Numbered from the stretch's first letter, positions 39,323-52,442 are shown. The stretch is 64,000 nt of DNA from Azolla caroliniana (GCA_043228905.1 JBHGNT010000004.1:12834001-12898000), one strand, 5' to 3'. The notes: a model not told the origin generated them from the letters alone. A program made the numbers and translations.

Positions 39323-39912
39323 CAAATTGTTCTTACATCTCCGCATATTCTCTCTCTCTCGCTCAGGAAAACGAAGCTTTCAAGATGTCTTCTTTTGACG
39401 CAATGTCTCTCTCCCGAATTAGGTAGAGAACGACCAGTTCCTATTCTCGTTTCCTGATACCTCATCATCCGTCTCCATTTTTCTATGATGCTCCATGCTG
39501 ACTCAGAACTCTTCGTGTTTTCTTGCTCGGCAATGATGAGAACGATGATCCCATGGCTCTGGTTGGGAATCTTCATGTACACCCTCCCATCATGGAGCAG
39601 AAAGCTGAGAATATTGCTCTTGTGAAGCTTCCGACCAAGCCCTTGCCTCTGCGCAAGCCCTTGCCCCTGTGCAGTCTGATAAAGAATCTCACACTGATGG
39701 TGTTTGTTAGAGACATCGTGCACATTGATGTTAGAGAGCTCCATGCTCCATCAACAAGAATCTGATCTCTGCACATACTCGCGCACTAGTATTTTCCAAA
39801 AGCCTCACAGAAACCATCGCCATCTAATACACTTCTGTCTCTTCTATCCTTTTCCTGTTTGTTTTTTTCCTACTTCTTTTCTAGGTATTCTATCTTGCTA
39901 AGCTCTCTGGTT

Positions 39913-40345
39913 ATGGCGGCCGAAACTGAGACCTTTGCCTCCCGAGCTGAGATCAACCAGCTCCTCAGCCTCATCATGGCACCTGAGGAAGTTGTTGGTA
40001 AAATGAAACATAATGATGATGAGGAATTCATTTGGGAATCCCAGGTCGATGGCTCCTTTTCAGTCACCAGAGATGATGGAGAGCCCCTTGGTAGAGGTAC
40101 CAAGATCACTCTCTACCTGAAGGAGGATCAGCAAGAATACCTTTAAGAGAGGCGTCTGAAAGATTTGGTGAAGAAACATCTGAATTCATTAGTTACCCCA
40201 TCTCTTTATGAGTGGACAAGACAACAATTAAGGAGGTTTCTGATGATGAGGAAGAAGAGGAAGGGAAGGTTGATGATGTAGAATAAGAGAAAGAGAATAA
40301 GAACATGAGGAAGGCGAGTATGAAGAAGAAGACGATCAAGGAGTA
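39913..40345 (+). pseudogene. HSP90: Captured cytosolic HSP90 fragment, internally deleted
   Basis: [21 protein letters not shown] / [57 protein letters not shown], frameshift, SEFISYPISL..KEVSDDEEEEEGKVDDVE. Confidence 0.93.
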
Positions 40346-40469
40346 TAATCCGATGACGAGGTGTAGCCTCACCAGCAACATCAGAGATAGCACATGACAA
40401 CGACTAGACTGACAACCGGCGGGACAGAGATATCCATCGGCGGCAGAGGAGGCCAGGACATGTGGGTGA

Positions 40470-40900
40470 GACGCGCGACCGAGAAGTCGATCGAGACGCA
40501 CGGCTGAGACGCATGCTCGAGAGTGCGGCCGAGACGTGTGGCCGAGAGCACGGCCAAAACGTGCGGCTGAGACGCGTGGCCGAGAGCACGACCGAGATGC
40601 GCGGTTGAGAATACGGTCGAAACGCGTGGCCAAGAAGATGGCTGAGACGCGTGCCCGAGAGGACGGCCGAGAAGCGCGAGATGCACAGTCGAGAGGACAG
40701 CCGAGACGCACGACCGAGAGTATGGCCAAGAGGCGTTGTCGTACTATGGCCGAGAGATGTGTGGTGAGAGTACGGTCAAGTGATGGCCGAGAAACGACGG
40801 CCGAGACGCGCGGCCGAGAAGACGGCCAAGACGTGCGACCAAGAGCACGGTCAAGACGCGCGGTCGAGAGTATGGCCAACAACCTGTGGACAGACGACCA
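40470..40900. repeat. GC-rich degenerate tandem repeat (GAGACGCGTGGCCGAGA-like units) inside element A
   Basis: Direct reading. Confidence 0.8.
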
Positions 40901-41732
40901 TGGCCAACTGGTGGAGAGCACCAATGGACGACAACAGCCGAACAGGCGGTCCGGTAGCTGACAGTGACGGCGACAACCAATCAGATAGAGATGGCCGAGC
41001 GAGTGATGGTCGTGGTACAGAGCCGGTCTGACGGTTCGACAACCGACAGACGGTGGCCGCTGGACAGACCGGCCGCCGAACAGTGCCAGCCGGCTGGTGA
41101 CGGCCCCGAACAGATGTCCGACGACAGACGAACAGTGACAACCGATAGGCGGCGATGACTACCGTCTGAGATAGTCGGTCGTCGGTCATCAGCGCCAAAC
41201 CGGCTGTCCACGGAGACAGCGGATAGGGTTGTCCGGACAGAAGCTCCGACCCGACGACAAGCCTCCGTCAACGAAGAGCCGGACAGAAAGAGAGGAGCCG
41301 GACAGAAGCTCCGACAAAGAAGGAGAAAATGAAGAAAAGGGAGAGTAAGAAGAAACTGAAGCCATGGAAGAGGCAGTGCAGTGGTTGCTGCAAGAAGGAA
41401 AGAGAAGGAGAAGAAGAAGAGGAGAAGATCGAGGAGGGAGAGGACGAGGATCGAGTAGAAGAACGCAACAAAAGACAGAGAAGAAAGAGAAAGGAAGATA
41501 GACAAAGAAGAGGAGTATGGAGAAGAAACAGAGAGAGGACGACGACAGATAGAAAGAGAGAGAAGAAAACGTCTGGGGGCATCCCATAAAATTTTAGAAA
41601 CATAAGGGCAAAGAAGACGAAATTTCAAAAGCCTGAGGACTTCCAAGTGAATTTAAAAAACGGGAGAGAGTAGAAGAGAAAATTTCGGAAACTCAAGGGC
41701 ATAAAATAAAATAAAATAAAAATTTACAAAAA

Positions 41733-44700
41733 TGTTGAGAGACAAGCTCAACATCGGCCGGATCGGTTGGGACCGATCGGTTAGGCCGAGTATGTAAACC
41801 GGGAGGTCGTTAGGAAAGATATTCCGTGAGGAATATATTTGGGAGTTAGTGTAGGGGCTCTTGATGAGCATTGAAGTATTGTCAATACTTCGGTCAGTCC
41901 TTCTAGGACTTGTATAAAAGTGCTCACTGAGCACGTCTTATGTACAGACTTGAGTATTATTATTGAATATAGTTTTTGTGTCTACTCTCTCTGTCTCTCC
42001 CGCGTATACCGTGTAAGCCCAAGCTCTCCATTGAACCTGAGTTTCCTTCCTCTGTTCTGTCTTCATACCTGCTTCCGCACGCTACTTTCTACATGGTATC
42101 AGAGCGCGAGGGTTGAGAACCTCTCTGCAGCCGACACAGCTTGACGAAGAAGAACAAGAAGAACGATGGATAGAGGCATGGCGAGCTCGCTTCCAACAGA
42201 GAAGCTCGACAGAACCAACTACGCGTCTTGGTCCTACAAGATGCACCAGTACCTGCTCGGGCACGGCTACTGGAGTTATGTCGAAGGAGCTAATGACGCG
42301 GCACCCGAATCGACACACAGAGACTTCCCGTCGTGGGAGCAATCGGCGAGCAGGGTATTGTACTGCTTCGCATCGTGTGTGGGCGAACAACTATTGAGCT
42401 ATGTTCGGGATGCAAAGACGCCGAAGGGTGCGTGGGAAAATCTGAAGAAGATTTTCGTCGCGAGCACCACAGCCAGGAAGCTTCAGCTCCAACAGGAGTT
42501 GAGCAACCTACGACAACGCGACTTGTCGGTGGCGGACTATACCTCGAAGATCAAGGATAGCTGCGACTCCCTCGCCTCCATAGAGGTGAACATCGAGGAG
42601 AGCGAGATGGTCCAGATCTGTCTCGGAGGTTTGGTGTTGAAGTTCGGAGCGTTCCGAACGGCTGTGTGTACCCGGGAGAATACGCCGTCCTTTTTCGACT
42701 CATAGTCGATGCTCCTGGTAGAGGAGAACCACGCGGGTGCGTCGACGAGCACGCACACCGACAGCAAGATGTTGTACACTGAGGGAGAAAGCCCCGTGGT
42801 CGTGGCGGACGAGGCGAGTCGGTACGCAATGGAAGCGGCCGACGAGATCAAGGAAGAAGGCACCGAAGTGATGCCGACAGCAACTCCGGACCCTCCGGAA
42901 ACAGGGGGAGTCGAAGCGATGAGAACCAGCAAGGGAAGGCCATCGCGGAGTGCTGGTATTGTGGCAAGAAAGGCCACAGGGAAAGCGAGTGCTGGAAGAA
43001 GCGCGCCGATTTGGAGAGAACCGGTTCCGGAAACAGGTCCGGACATACCGACAAGGGAAATCGGCAGCGATCGCATTACGCCGAAGACTCCGGGAGAGAC
43101 GGAGAAGGGTCTGTCTTCGTGACGAGACACGAAACAAACTCAATGAAACAGAACACCCCGAGATCGGATGAGGTGTGGTATGTAGACTCCGGCGCGTCAA
43201 ACCACATGACGAGCCATAAGGAGTGGTTCTCGTACCTTGAAAAACCGATACAACCTGGAGTAGTCGCAACAGGAGACGACACTCCGCATCCGATCGCGAA
43301 TGTCGGAGAAGTTCCCCTTAGCCATGTCGGGCAAAAAGGGAAACTCATGAACGTGTTGCACGTTCCGACAATCACGAAGAACTTGGTCTCGGTCGGACAA
43401 ATCGTCGACCAAGGGATGGAGGTTCGGTTTACACACCTCGGGTGCTTCATTGAGGAAGAAGGCCGTGTGATTGCGCAAGGGCACAGAGACGGGAGAATGT
43501 TCATCCTCGACTCCACTGACGGCGGCACCGCAATGTTCGCGAAGGGACAAAAGACCGAGTCGGACATCGACTTGTGGCACAAGCGGATAGGCCACGTCAA
43601 CTACCAACGGCTTCAAGATCTACAATCGAAACAGGTAGTGTTCGGATTGCCCAAATTTAGTTGTCGAAAGGCACAAGTTTGTGAAGCCTGCCAGCTTGGG
43701 AAGCAACACCGACTTCCTTTCCCCAACAAGCGAAACCGGAGCCGGAACAAGCTCGACCTTATACACTCCGATGTATGGGGGCCGGCACAAAACGTTAGTC
43801 TTGGCGGGAGCCGATATTTCGTCTCCTTCATCGACGACCACACGCGACACACGTGGATCTACCTCATTGAGAGGAAGAGCGAAGTCTTCGACTGTTTCCG
43901 GGACCTCAAAGGGTTCGTGGAAACGGAAACGGGACGAAAGATCAAGTGTCTGCGGTCGGATGGCGGGAAAGAGTACTTTTCCGGTCAATTCAACGGTTAC
44001 CTACAACAAATGGGAATTCGCCGCGAATTCAGTTGTAGATACACGCCAGAGCAGAACGACATGGCCGAGAGAAAGAATCGGTCAGTTGTGGAAGCGGCAC
44101 GGGCAATGCTGGAGGAGAAGAGCTTGCCCAAGTTCTACTGGGCCGAGGCGGTAAGGACCACGGTATACATCCAGAACCGGATTGGAGACAAAGTGTCGGC
44201 GCACGAGCTATATTTAGGAACGAAGCCGAACTTGCGACACTTGAGGGTGTTCGGTAGCATTGCGTATGTGCATGTACCGAAGGAGAAAAGGAGGAAGCTG
44301 CACACAAAGGCCGAGAAGTGCATCTTGGTCGGTTACTAGGACGAGCAGAAGGGTTATAAGTGCTATAACCCTCGCACCAAACAAGCGCATGTCAGCCGCG
44401 ACGTTGTGTTTGACGAGTCCGCGTCCTGGTACCTACCCCCGACTCGGAACCCCGTCTCCAATACGAGCTCTGACGATGAGGTCAGCGAGGCCGAGATGCC
44501 TCCGGATGAGCCCGAAATCGAGACCCGCGAAGAGAGTCCGATTTCACTCCGGTTAAGTGGACCGATTTGACGACTGAGTCGGTACGACCAGTCCGATGAA
44601 GAGCCGGCGAGTAGTGGAGACTCGGCCGTGCATTCCCCACGCAGGAAGCCGAGGAGACGGCTTATACGCAAAGAGAAATGGAAGAAGAAGGTGTCGGATT

Positions 44701-46704
44701 CCGGCACGGAAAGGAAGGAGTCAGACCGACGCGAGTCCGACTCTGAGGGAACCGATGACAGGTCTTTAAAGGTGAAGACCGCGTCGACCGAGAAGGCCTC
44801 GACATCCGGAAAGGTCAACTCGAACCGGTTAGTATTCTACTATATGTTGATGACTTGGTCATCACCGACGCCGACCTAGGTGAAATCGACCGCGTGAAGC
44901 TTCAGCTTGCGGCATCGTTCGACAGGAAGGATCTGGGGTACCTTCATTACTTCCTCGGGATCGAAGTGATCCGTACCCCTGAAGGCATATTGATCAGCCA
45001 ACGTCACTACGTGCTGAGTATGCTCTTCAAATTCGGGATGGCCGACTGTAAGACCATCTCGACTCCTCTGGACAGAACCGTCAAGCTTCGTCCCGATACG
45101 GGAAAGGTATGCGACCCGACGAGGTTCCGACAAATTGTCGGAAGCCTCATATACTTGACCATCACCCGACCCGACCTCAGTTATCCGGTCGGGGTGATCA
45201 ATTAGTTCATGGCGCGACCTATCGAGGAGCACCTTCAGTGTGCACAACGCGTACTTTGGTATGTAAGCGGCACTAAGGACCGCAGACTGCTATATCGGAC
45301 CGGTGCAGTCGCGCAGTTAGTTGGCTACACCGATGTTGATTGGGCTTGCAACGCCACCGATCGCCGATCCACGTCTGGATACGCGTTCTCCCTCGGGAGT
45401 GCCGCGATCGCGTGGTGCAGTAAGAAGCAGCCGACAATTGCCGTGTCGAGCACCGAAGCTGAGTACCGAGGAGCGGTTGTCGCGACATGCGAAGCCATAT
45501 GGTTGAAGCGGCTTCTTAAGGACCTGCAAGAGGAGGTGACCGATCCAACGACGATCTACTGCGACAACCTCAGCAGTATCCAACTCGGGAAGAACCCCGT
45601 CTTCCATGCACGGACCAAGCACATTGAGGTGCACTACCATTTCGTCCGTGAGCGTGTCCTTTCTGGCGAAATCGAACTTCAATACGTTCCGACGGGTCGG
45701 CAGACTGCCGACATCTTCACCAAGCCTCTTGGTCTGGACAAGTTGCGGCAATTCTCAGGTGCGCTCGGGTTGCGTCACCTTGACATGCCGAACTTGAGGG
45801 GGAGAACAGTCCCGAACGACCAAGCAAGGCAGCAGGAAAGGAGCGGACACCGCGACACCGAGTCGGTTGACAAGTTCGACATCGGATCGGCTGAAGAAGC
45901 CGAGGGCGGACCCACGGAAAAGTTCGGAAGCAGACAGAAGGGGAGCAACTGAGGGAGAGAACCGAAGCCAACCACGCATGGGGAAGATGACGCCATCGAA
46001 GGCGAGAAAACCGAAGACGAGTTGGAGACAGCCAACTCTGACGAGAGCGAAGACCGATCGGAGGTAGCCGAGTCGGTTCGGATGTTTGATTCAGACACGC
46101 TGAATTAACCGAGGCCCAAGCGGAAGAAAAGGCAGCAGGAGAAGCGTCAACACCGCAACATCAGAAGAGCTGATAAGGGCCGCATGAGCAGACAAGCCGA
46201 CTGGAAGGGTCGAAGCGCGCGGAGTCAAACAGGTCGAGGAGCGCGAGCGAGGCGTGAAGCCAGGAGGAACCGGTGCTGTGAAGATCCCGAAGAGCCTCAA
46301 GTTGAGCTTGAGGGGGAGTGTTGAGAGACAAGCTCAACATCGGCCGGATCGGCTGAAGAAGACGGGGACCGGATCAGTTGGGACCGATCGGTTAGCCCGA
46401 GTATGTAGACCGGGAGGTCGTTAGGAAAGATATTCCGTGAGGAATATATTTGGGAGTTAGTGTAGGGGCTCTTGATGAGCATTGAAGTATTGTCAGTAGT
46501 TCGGTCAGTCCTTCTAGGACTTGTATAAAAGTGCTCACTAAGCACGTCTTATGTACAGACTTGAGTATTATTATTGAATATAGTTTTTGTGTCTACTCCC
46601 TCTGTCTCTCCTGCGTATACCGTGTAAGCCCAAGCTCTCCATTGAACCTGAGTTTCCTTCCTCTGTTCTGTCTTCATACCTGCTTCCGCACGCTAATTTC
46701 TACA
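41733..46704 (+). mobile_element. MDRG-family copia with an RT N-terminal deletion, nested in element A
   Basis: LTRs 41733-42093 and 46319-46704; PBS TGGTATCAGAGC; imperfect A-rich TSD; gag, PR, IN, deletion at ~44808, YVDD, RH. Confidence 0.93.
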
Positions 46705-46860
46705 CAAAAAAATTGAGGGCAAAATTTTAAAGACCAAAGGGTAAAAAATATAAAACTCACTTCACATTATGAAAGAAAGAATACACAAATGCACAACACG
46801 ATTTTACGACCCATGCCACAGTGAACGAACCAATTGGTGTATGATCCAATCGCGACTTGT

Positions 46861-47690
46861 GCTGACTGAACGAGAAGGTTCGAGTCAAGCAAAGCTCCAA
46901 TCGAAGTTATCGATCGTAGAGTAGTGATTTGGTCGAGGGATTTCCGACCGTTGAGATGACTGATGAAGTTCCGGTCGAGAAGAGTTGCCATGGCGAGTGG
47001 GTTCACCGTGCAATGCACTGTCCCACAGGTGTGCCATGTGTTACCCGTAAGAATATACAGGGAGGCATAAGGGTATTGTTGAGATACAAGCTCAACATTG
47101 GCCGGATCGGCTGTGCAAGCAGAGAACCGGATCGGTTGGGACCGATCGGTTAGGCCGGACCGGTGCGTAAAACGGATACGCAAACCAGTGCGTAACGAGA
47201 GGCCGTATCAGTGTGTAAACCGAAAGGCCGTTAGAGAGATATTCCTTGTAAGGAATAGTTTTGGGAGTAAGTGTCGCTGACTGAACGAGAAGGTTCGAGT
47301 CAAGCAAAGCTCCAATCGAAGTTATCGATCGTAGAGTAGTGATTTGGTCGAGGGATTTCCGACCGTTGAAATGACTGATGGAGTTCCGGTCGAGAAGAGT
47401 TGCCATGGTGAGTGGGTTCACCGTGCAATGCACTGTCCCACAGGTGCGCCATGTGTTACCCGTAAGAATATACGGGGAGGCATAAGGGTATTGTTGAGAT
47501 ACAAGCTCAACATTGGCGGGATCGGCTGTGCAAGCCGAGAACCGGATCAGTTGGGACCGATCGGTTAGGCCGGACCGGTGCGTAAAACAGATACGCAAAC
47601 CAGTGCGTAACGAGAGGCCGTATCGGTGTGTAAACCGAAAGGCCGTTAGAGAGATATTCCTCATAAGGAATAGTTTTTGGGAGTAAGTTG
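46861..47690. repeat. 415-bp tandem duplication spanning an insertion junction
   Basis: GCTGACTGAACGAGAAGG at 46861 and 47276; the unit includes element A PBS, its LTR start and ~200 bp of copia LTR. Confidence 0.93.
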
Positions 47691-50114
47691 TCGAGGCTCA
47701 TTTATGAGCAATCAAGTACTGTCAGTACTTGTGTCAGCCTGATTGTCAGGGCTTGTATAAAAGTGCTCACCGATCACATCCTATGTACAGATCGAGTATT
47801 ATTTTTTAATTAAGTTCTCGTGTTTTACTCTCTCTCTGTCTCTCCCGTGTGTACTGTGCAAACCTAAGCTTTCCATTAAACCCGCGTTTTCTGTTGTTCG
47901 GTTTCCTATATTGCTTCCGCACGCCATTCTTTTCATGGTATCAGAGCGCGAGGGTTGAGAACCTCTACAGTTGACTTTGCGTGAAGGAAAAACCAACGAA
48001 GAAGAACAAGAAAACCGATGGACAGAGGAATTGCTAGCTCGCTTCCGACGGAGAAGCTCGACAGAACCAACTATGCATCTTGGTCCTACAAGATGCACCA
48101 GTACCTGCTTGGGCACGGTTACTGGAGCTATGTCGAAGGAGTGAATGACGCGGCACCCGAATCGACACATAAAGACTTCCCGGCGTGGGCACAATCAGCG
48201 AGCAGAGTGTTGTACTGTTTCGCGTCTTGTGTGGGCGAACAACTATTAAGCTACGTTCGGGATGCAAAAACGCCGAAGGGTGTGTGGGAAAATCTAAAGA
48301 AGATCTTCGCCGCGAGCACCACAGCCAAGAAGCTTCAGCTCCGACAGGAGTTAAACAACCTATGACAACGCGATTTGTCGGTGGCTGACTATACCTCGAA
48401 GATCAAGGACATATGCGACTCCTTAGCTTCCATCGATGTGAACATCGAGGAAAGCGAGATGGTCCAGGTCTGTCTCGGGGGTTTGGCGTCAAAGTTCGGA
48501 GTGTTCAGAAATTGTTGTGTGTACACAGGAGAATACACCGTCGTTTTCAATTCATGGCGCGACTGACCGAGGAACACCTTCAGTGCGCACAATGCGTACT
48601 ACGGTACGTAAGCGACACTAAGGACCGGGGGCTACTATATCGGTCCGATACAGCCCCGCAGTTGGTAGGCTACACCGATGCCGACTGGGCCGGCAACGTC
48701 GCCGATCACCGATCCACGTCCGATTTCGTGTTCTCTCTCAGGAGTGCGGCGATCGTGTGGAGTAGCAAAAAGCAGCCGATAGTTGCGTTGTCGAGCACCG
48801 AGACCGAGTATAGAGGAGCGGCTATCGCGACATGCGAAGCCATATCGTTGAAGCGGCTAGTCAAGGATCTTGCAGGTGGAGGTATCTGATCCAACGACCA
48901 TCTACTGTGACAACCTCAACAATATCCAACTCGCAAAGAACCCCATCTTCCACACCCTCACTAAGCACATTGAGGTGCACTACCATTTTGTCCGTGAGCG
49001 TGTCCTCTCCGGTGAAGTTGAACTTCAGTATGTTCCGACGGATCGGCAGACCGCCGACATCTTCACCAAGCCTCTTGGTCTGGACAAGTTGCGGCAATTC
49101 TCGGGTGCGCTTGGGTTGCGTCACCTCGACGTGCCGAACTTGAGGGGGAGAGACGTCCCTGATGACCATGGAAGGGAGCAGGAAAGGAGCGGAGAAGACC
49201 ATAACGCTGAGTCGGATGACGAATTCGATTTTGGATCGGTTGAAGAAGCCGAGGGCGGATCTGTGGAAGAGTCCAAAAGCGGACATAAGGGGAGTAGCCG
49301 AAAGGAAGAGCCGAAGCCACCAAGCATGGGGGAGATGACGCCGTCAAGGACGAGAAGACCGAAGACAAGTTGGAGACAGTCAACTCGGACGAGAGCGAAA
49401 ACCGATCGGAGGTAGGCGAGTCGATTCGAATGTTTGATTCGGATACACTGAATCAACCGAGGACCAAGCGGAAAAGAAGGCAGTAGGAGAAGCGCCAACA
49501 CCGCGACAGCAAGGGAGTTGTGAAGGGTCGTGGGAGCAGACAAGCCCACTAGAAGGGTCGAAGCGCGCGGAGTCGAACAGGCCGAGGAGCGCGAGCGAGG
49601 CGTGGAGCCAGGAGGAACCGGAGCAGTGATTTGGAAGATCCTGAAGAGCCTCAAGTTGAGCTTGAGGGGGAGTGTTGAGATACAAGCTCAACATTGGCCG
49701 GATCGGCTGTGCAAGCCAAGAACCGGATCAGTTGGGATCAATCAGTTAGGCCAGACCAGTGCGTAAAACGGATACGCAAACCAGTGCGTAACGAGAGGCC
49801 GTATCGGTGCATAAACTGAAAGGCCGTTAGAGAGACATTCCTCGTAAGGAATAGTTTTGGGAGTAAGTGTCGAGGCTCATTTATGAGCAGTCAAGTACTG
49901 TCAGTACTTGTGTCAGCCCGATTGTCAGGGCTTGTATAAAAGTGCTCATCGAGCACATCCTATGTACAGATCGAGTATTATTTTTGAATTAAGTTCTCGT
50001 GTTTTACTCTCTCTCTGTCTCTCCCATGCGTACTGTGCAAACCAAAGCTTTCCAATAAACCTGTTTTTTTTGTTGTTTGGTTTCCTATATTGCTTCCGTA
50101 CGCCATTCTTTTCA
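47492..50114 (+). mobile_element. MDRG-family copia deleted from mid-gag to late RT, inserted in the right LTR of element A
   Basis: TSD GGTAT; LTRs 47492-47935 and 49673-50114; PBS 47936-47947; junction at ~48548. Confidence 0.93.
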
Positions 50115-52442
50115 GGTATGTCTAATAATGTGGTTGATGTGTATGTGTAAAGTAAATGAGTGTGTGAGGATGAGTATGTGTATGGACACATGCACAACTA
50201 TGTGCATGTGTACAAGAATGCGTAACGGTCTTATTTATAATGGTCATGTAGCTGTTACATTGGATGTATTATATAAACCCCCTATGGGGTATGTAATGAA
50301 TAACTTTTTCCCTCTCATTTTGGTGTGTTTCTTTGTTTCACTCTCCTTCTCTCTCTATCGTAATTCCCTTGGGAGAATGGCTTCACCCCCCACCCAACAA
50401 CACATCCTCCCAGATTTAAGTTTGGAATGAGCACGTCGACCATTTTCCGACTGAAGAAGTCCCTATATGGACTCAAGCAAGCCCCGCATGCCTAGAACAC
50501 GAAAATCACGCAACGACTGTGTCGGATGGGGTTTGCTGTGTCGAGGTCAGACTCTTCCCTATTTATCTGGCGACATCGGAATGGGCCGGTAAGTATTTTT
50601 CTTTTTACGTTGATGATTTAGTCATCGCCAACAACGACCTGGACAAAATCGACCGCATCAAGTCCGAACTTGCAGCATCGTTTGACATGAAGGATCTTGG
50701 GGACCTTCATTACTATGTGTTGAGTATCCTCTTCAAATTCGGTACGATGGAACGCAAGACCGTCTCAACTCCTCTGGATACGAATGTGAAGCTCCACCCC
50801 TACTCTGGAACGGCATGCGACTTGCCACGGTTCCGACAAATAGTCGGAAGCTTCATATATCTTACCACCACCCAATTGGACCTCAACTATCCGATCGGAC
50901 TGATTAGTCAATTTATGGTGCATCCAACCGTGGAGCACCTTAAGTGCACGCATCGAATACATAGATATGTCAATGGCACTAAGGACAGGGGGTTGCTATA
51001 TCAAACCAATGTGGTCGGACAACTTGTCGGCTACACGGATGTCGATTGGGCCGGAAATGCAGGCAATCGTAGGTCTACATCTAGATATGAGTTTTCACTT
51101 GGAAGCGTTGCAGTCACCTGGAGCAGTAAGAAGCAACCAATAGTAGCATTGTCGAGCACTGAGGCCGAGTACTGAGGAGAGGTTGTCATGACATGCGAAG
51201 CCATTGGCTCAAGAGGCTCCTAAAGGATCTGCAGTTGGAGGTGTCCGATCCGATGACGATCTACTGTGACAACCTCATCAACATCCAGTTGGCGAAGAAT
51301 CCTGCTTTTCATGCTCAGACCAAGCACATTGAGGTGCACTACCATTTTGTCTCTAACCATGTCCTCTCTGGTGAAGTCGTACTTGTGTATGTTCCGACGG
51401 ATCTGCAGACTGCCGACATCTTCACCAAACCTCTTGGCTTGGACAAGTTGCAACATTTTTTGAAGATGCTTGATCTTCAGCATCTCGACATGCCACACTT
51501 GAAGGGGAGAAAGGAGGAAACCGGAACGAGAACTGGGAAAATAGGTAATGGCATCGAACAAAGAACCGGAGACATACGGGGAGACAAGAAGAAGAAGGAA
51601 GCCATGTCGATTGAAGAAGTCGGCACATCCGATAAAGTCAGAACAAGCGGCGATGGCGGCAGAGTCATGACGGATAGAGCCGACTGGAACGAGAAGGCCA
51701 AGACCCGGACGTGGTCTGACATGGTGAAGGGCCTGAAGTTTGAAGACAAATTGGAGACAACCAATTCAGACAAGAGTCAGAACAAATTTGTTGCCTCCGA
51801 TTTGGAAGAGGAGTTCAATTCCAAGGAATCGAATCAACAAAAGGCCAAACAGACGAGGAGGCAGTACCGGAGTCGTAACAGCGAAAGACTTGAGAAAGGG
51901 CCTTATGAGCAAACAAGCCGACCAAGAAGGTCGAGGTGCGCGGGGCCAGACGGGTCAAGGAGCGCAAGCAAGGTGGGAAGACGCTAGGAGGAGCTGGAGG
52001 AGAGGACCAGTGGACACACAGTGTGATCCGACCTCAAGTTGAGATTGAGGGTGAGTGTTAAGCGGGCAAGCTTAACCAGATCCGGATCAGTTGAATAAGC
52101 CAGAGCCGGATCGGTATCCGGAACGGAGAACCAGATAAGTACCCAGATTAGTGTCTGGATATATCAGTATGTGGAACCTAGAGTTGGACCAGAGAAGCGG
52201 ATCATACTCCAGAATAGTGAGAACCAGTAGGCCGTTGGAGCCTATGATCTGAGCCTAGTACATAGGCATATTCCTTGGAGTTAGTGTCAGTTGCTCGTAT
52301 GAGCATTGAAGTACATGTCAGTCCTTTTAAGGACTTGTATAAAGAGTGTTCTATAGGACATTTGTATGAACATAGTGTTATTATTTTGATTTTTAAGTTT
52401 ATTGTTATGCTCTCTCTAACTCTCTCGTGTATTCAAGCTTTA

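Larger units (their letters stand above)
30026..50402 (-). mobile_element. Non-autonomous LTR element copy A (~3.4 kb of own sequence) carrying an HSP90 fragment
   Basis: TSD CATCC 30021-30025/50403-50407; LTRs TGTTACCCGTAAG...CCCAACAACA (30026-30293+39196-39232 and 47039-47076+50120-50402); minus PBS TGGCACACCTGTGGGAC at 47020-47036; no gag/pol. Confidence 0.88.

Noticed and set aside
39913-40345. Functional HSP90 gene
   Set aside because: ATPase core deleted, stop, frameshift, no middle or C-terminal domains
40193-41646. Many overlapping Arg/Ser/Leu-rich ORFs
   Set aside because: Products of GC-rich and AG-rich low-complexity repeats that lack stop codons; no domain motifs
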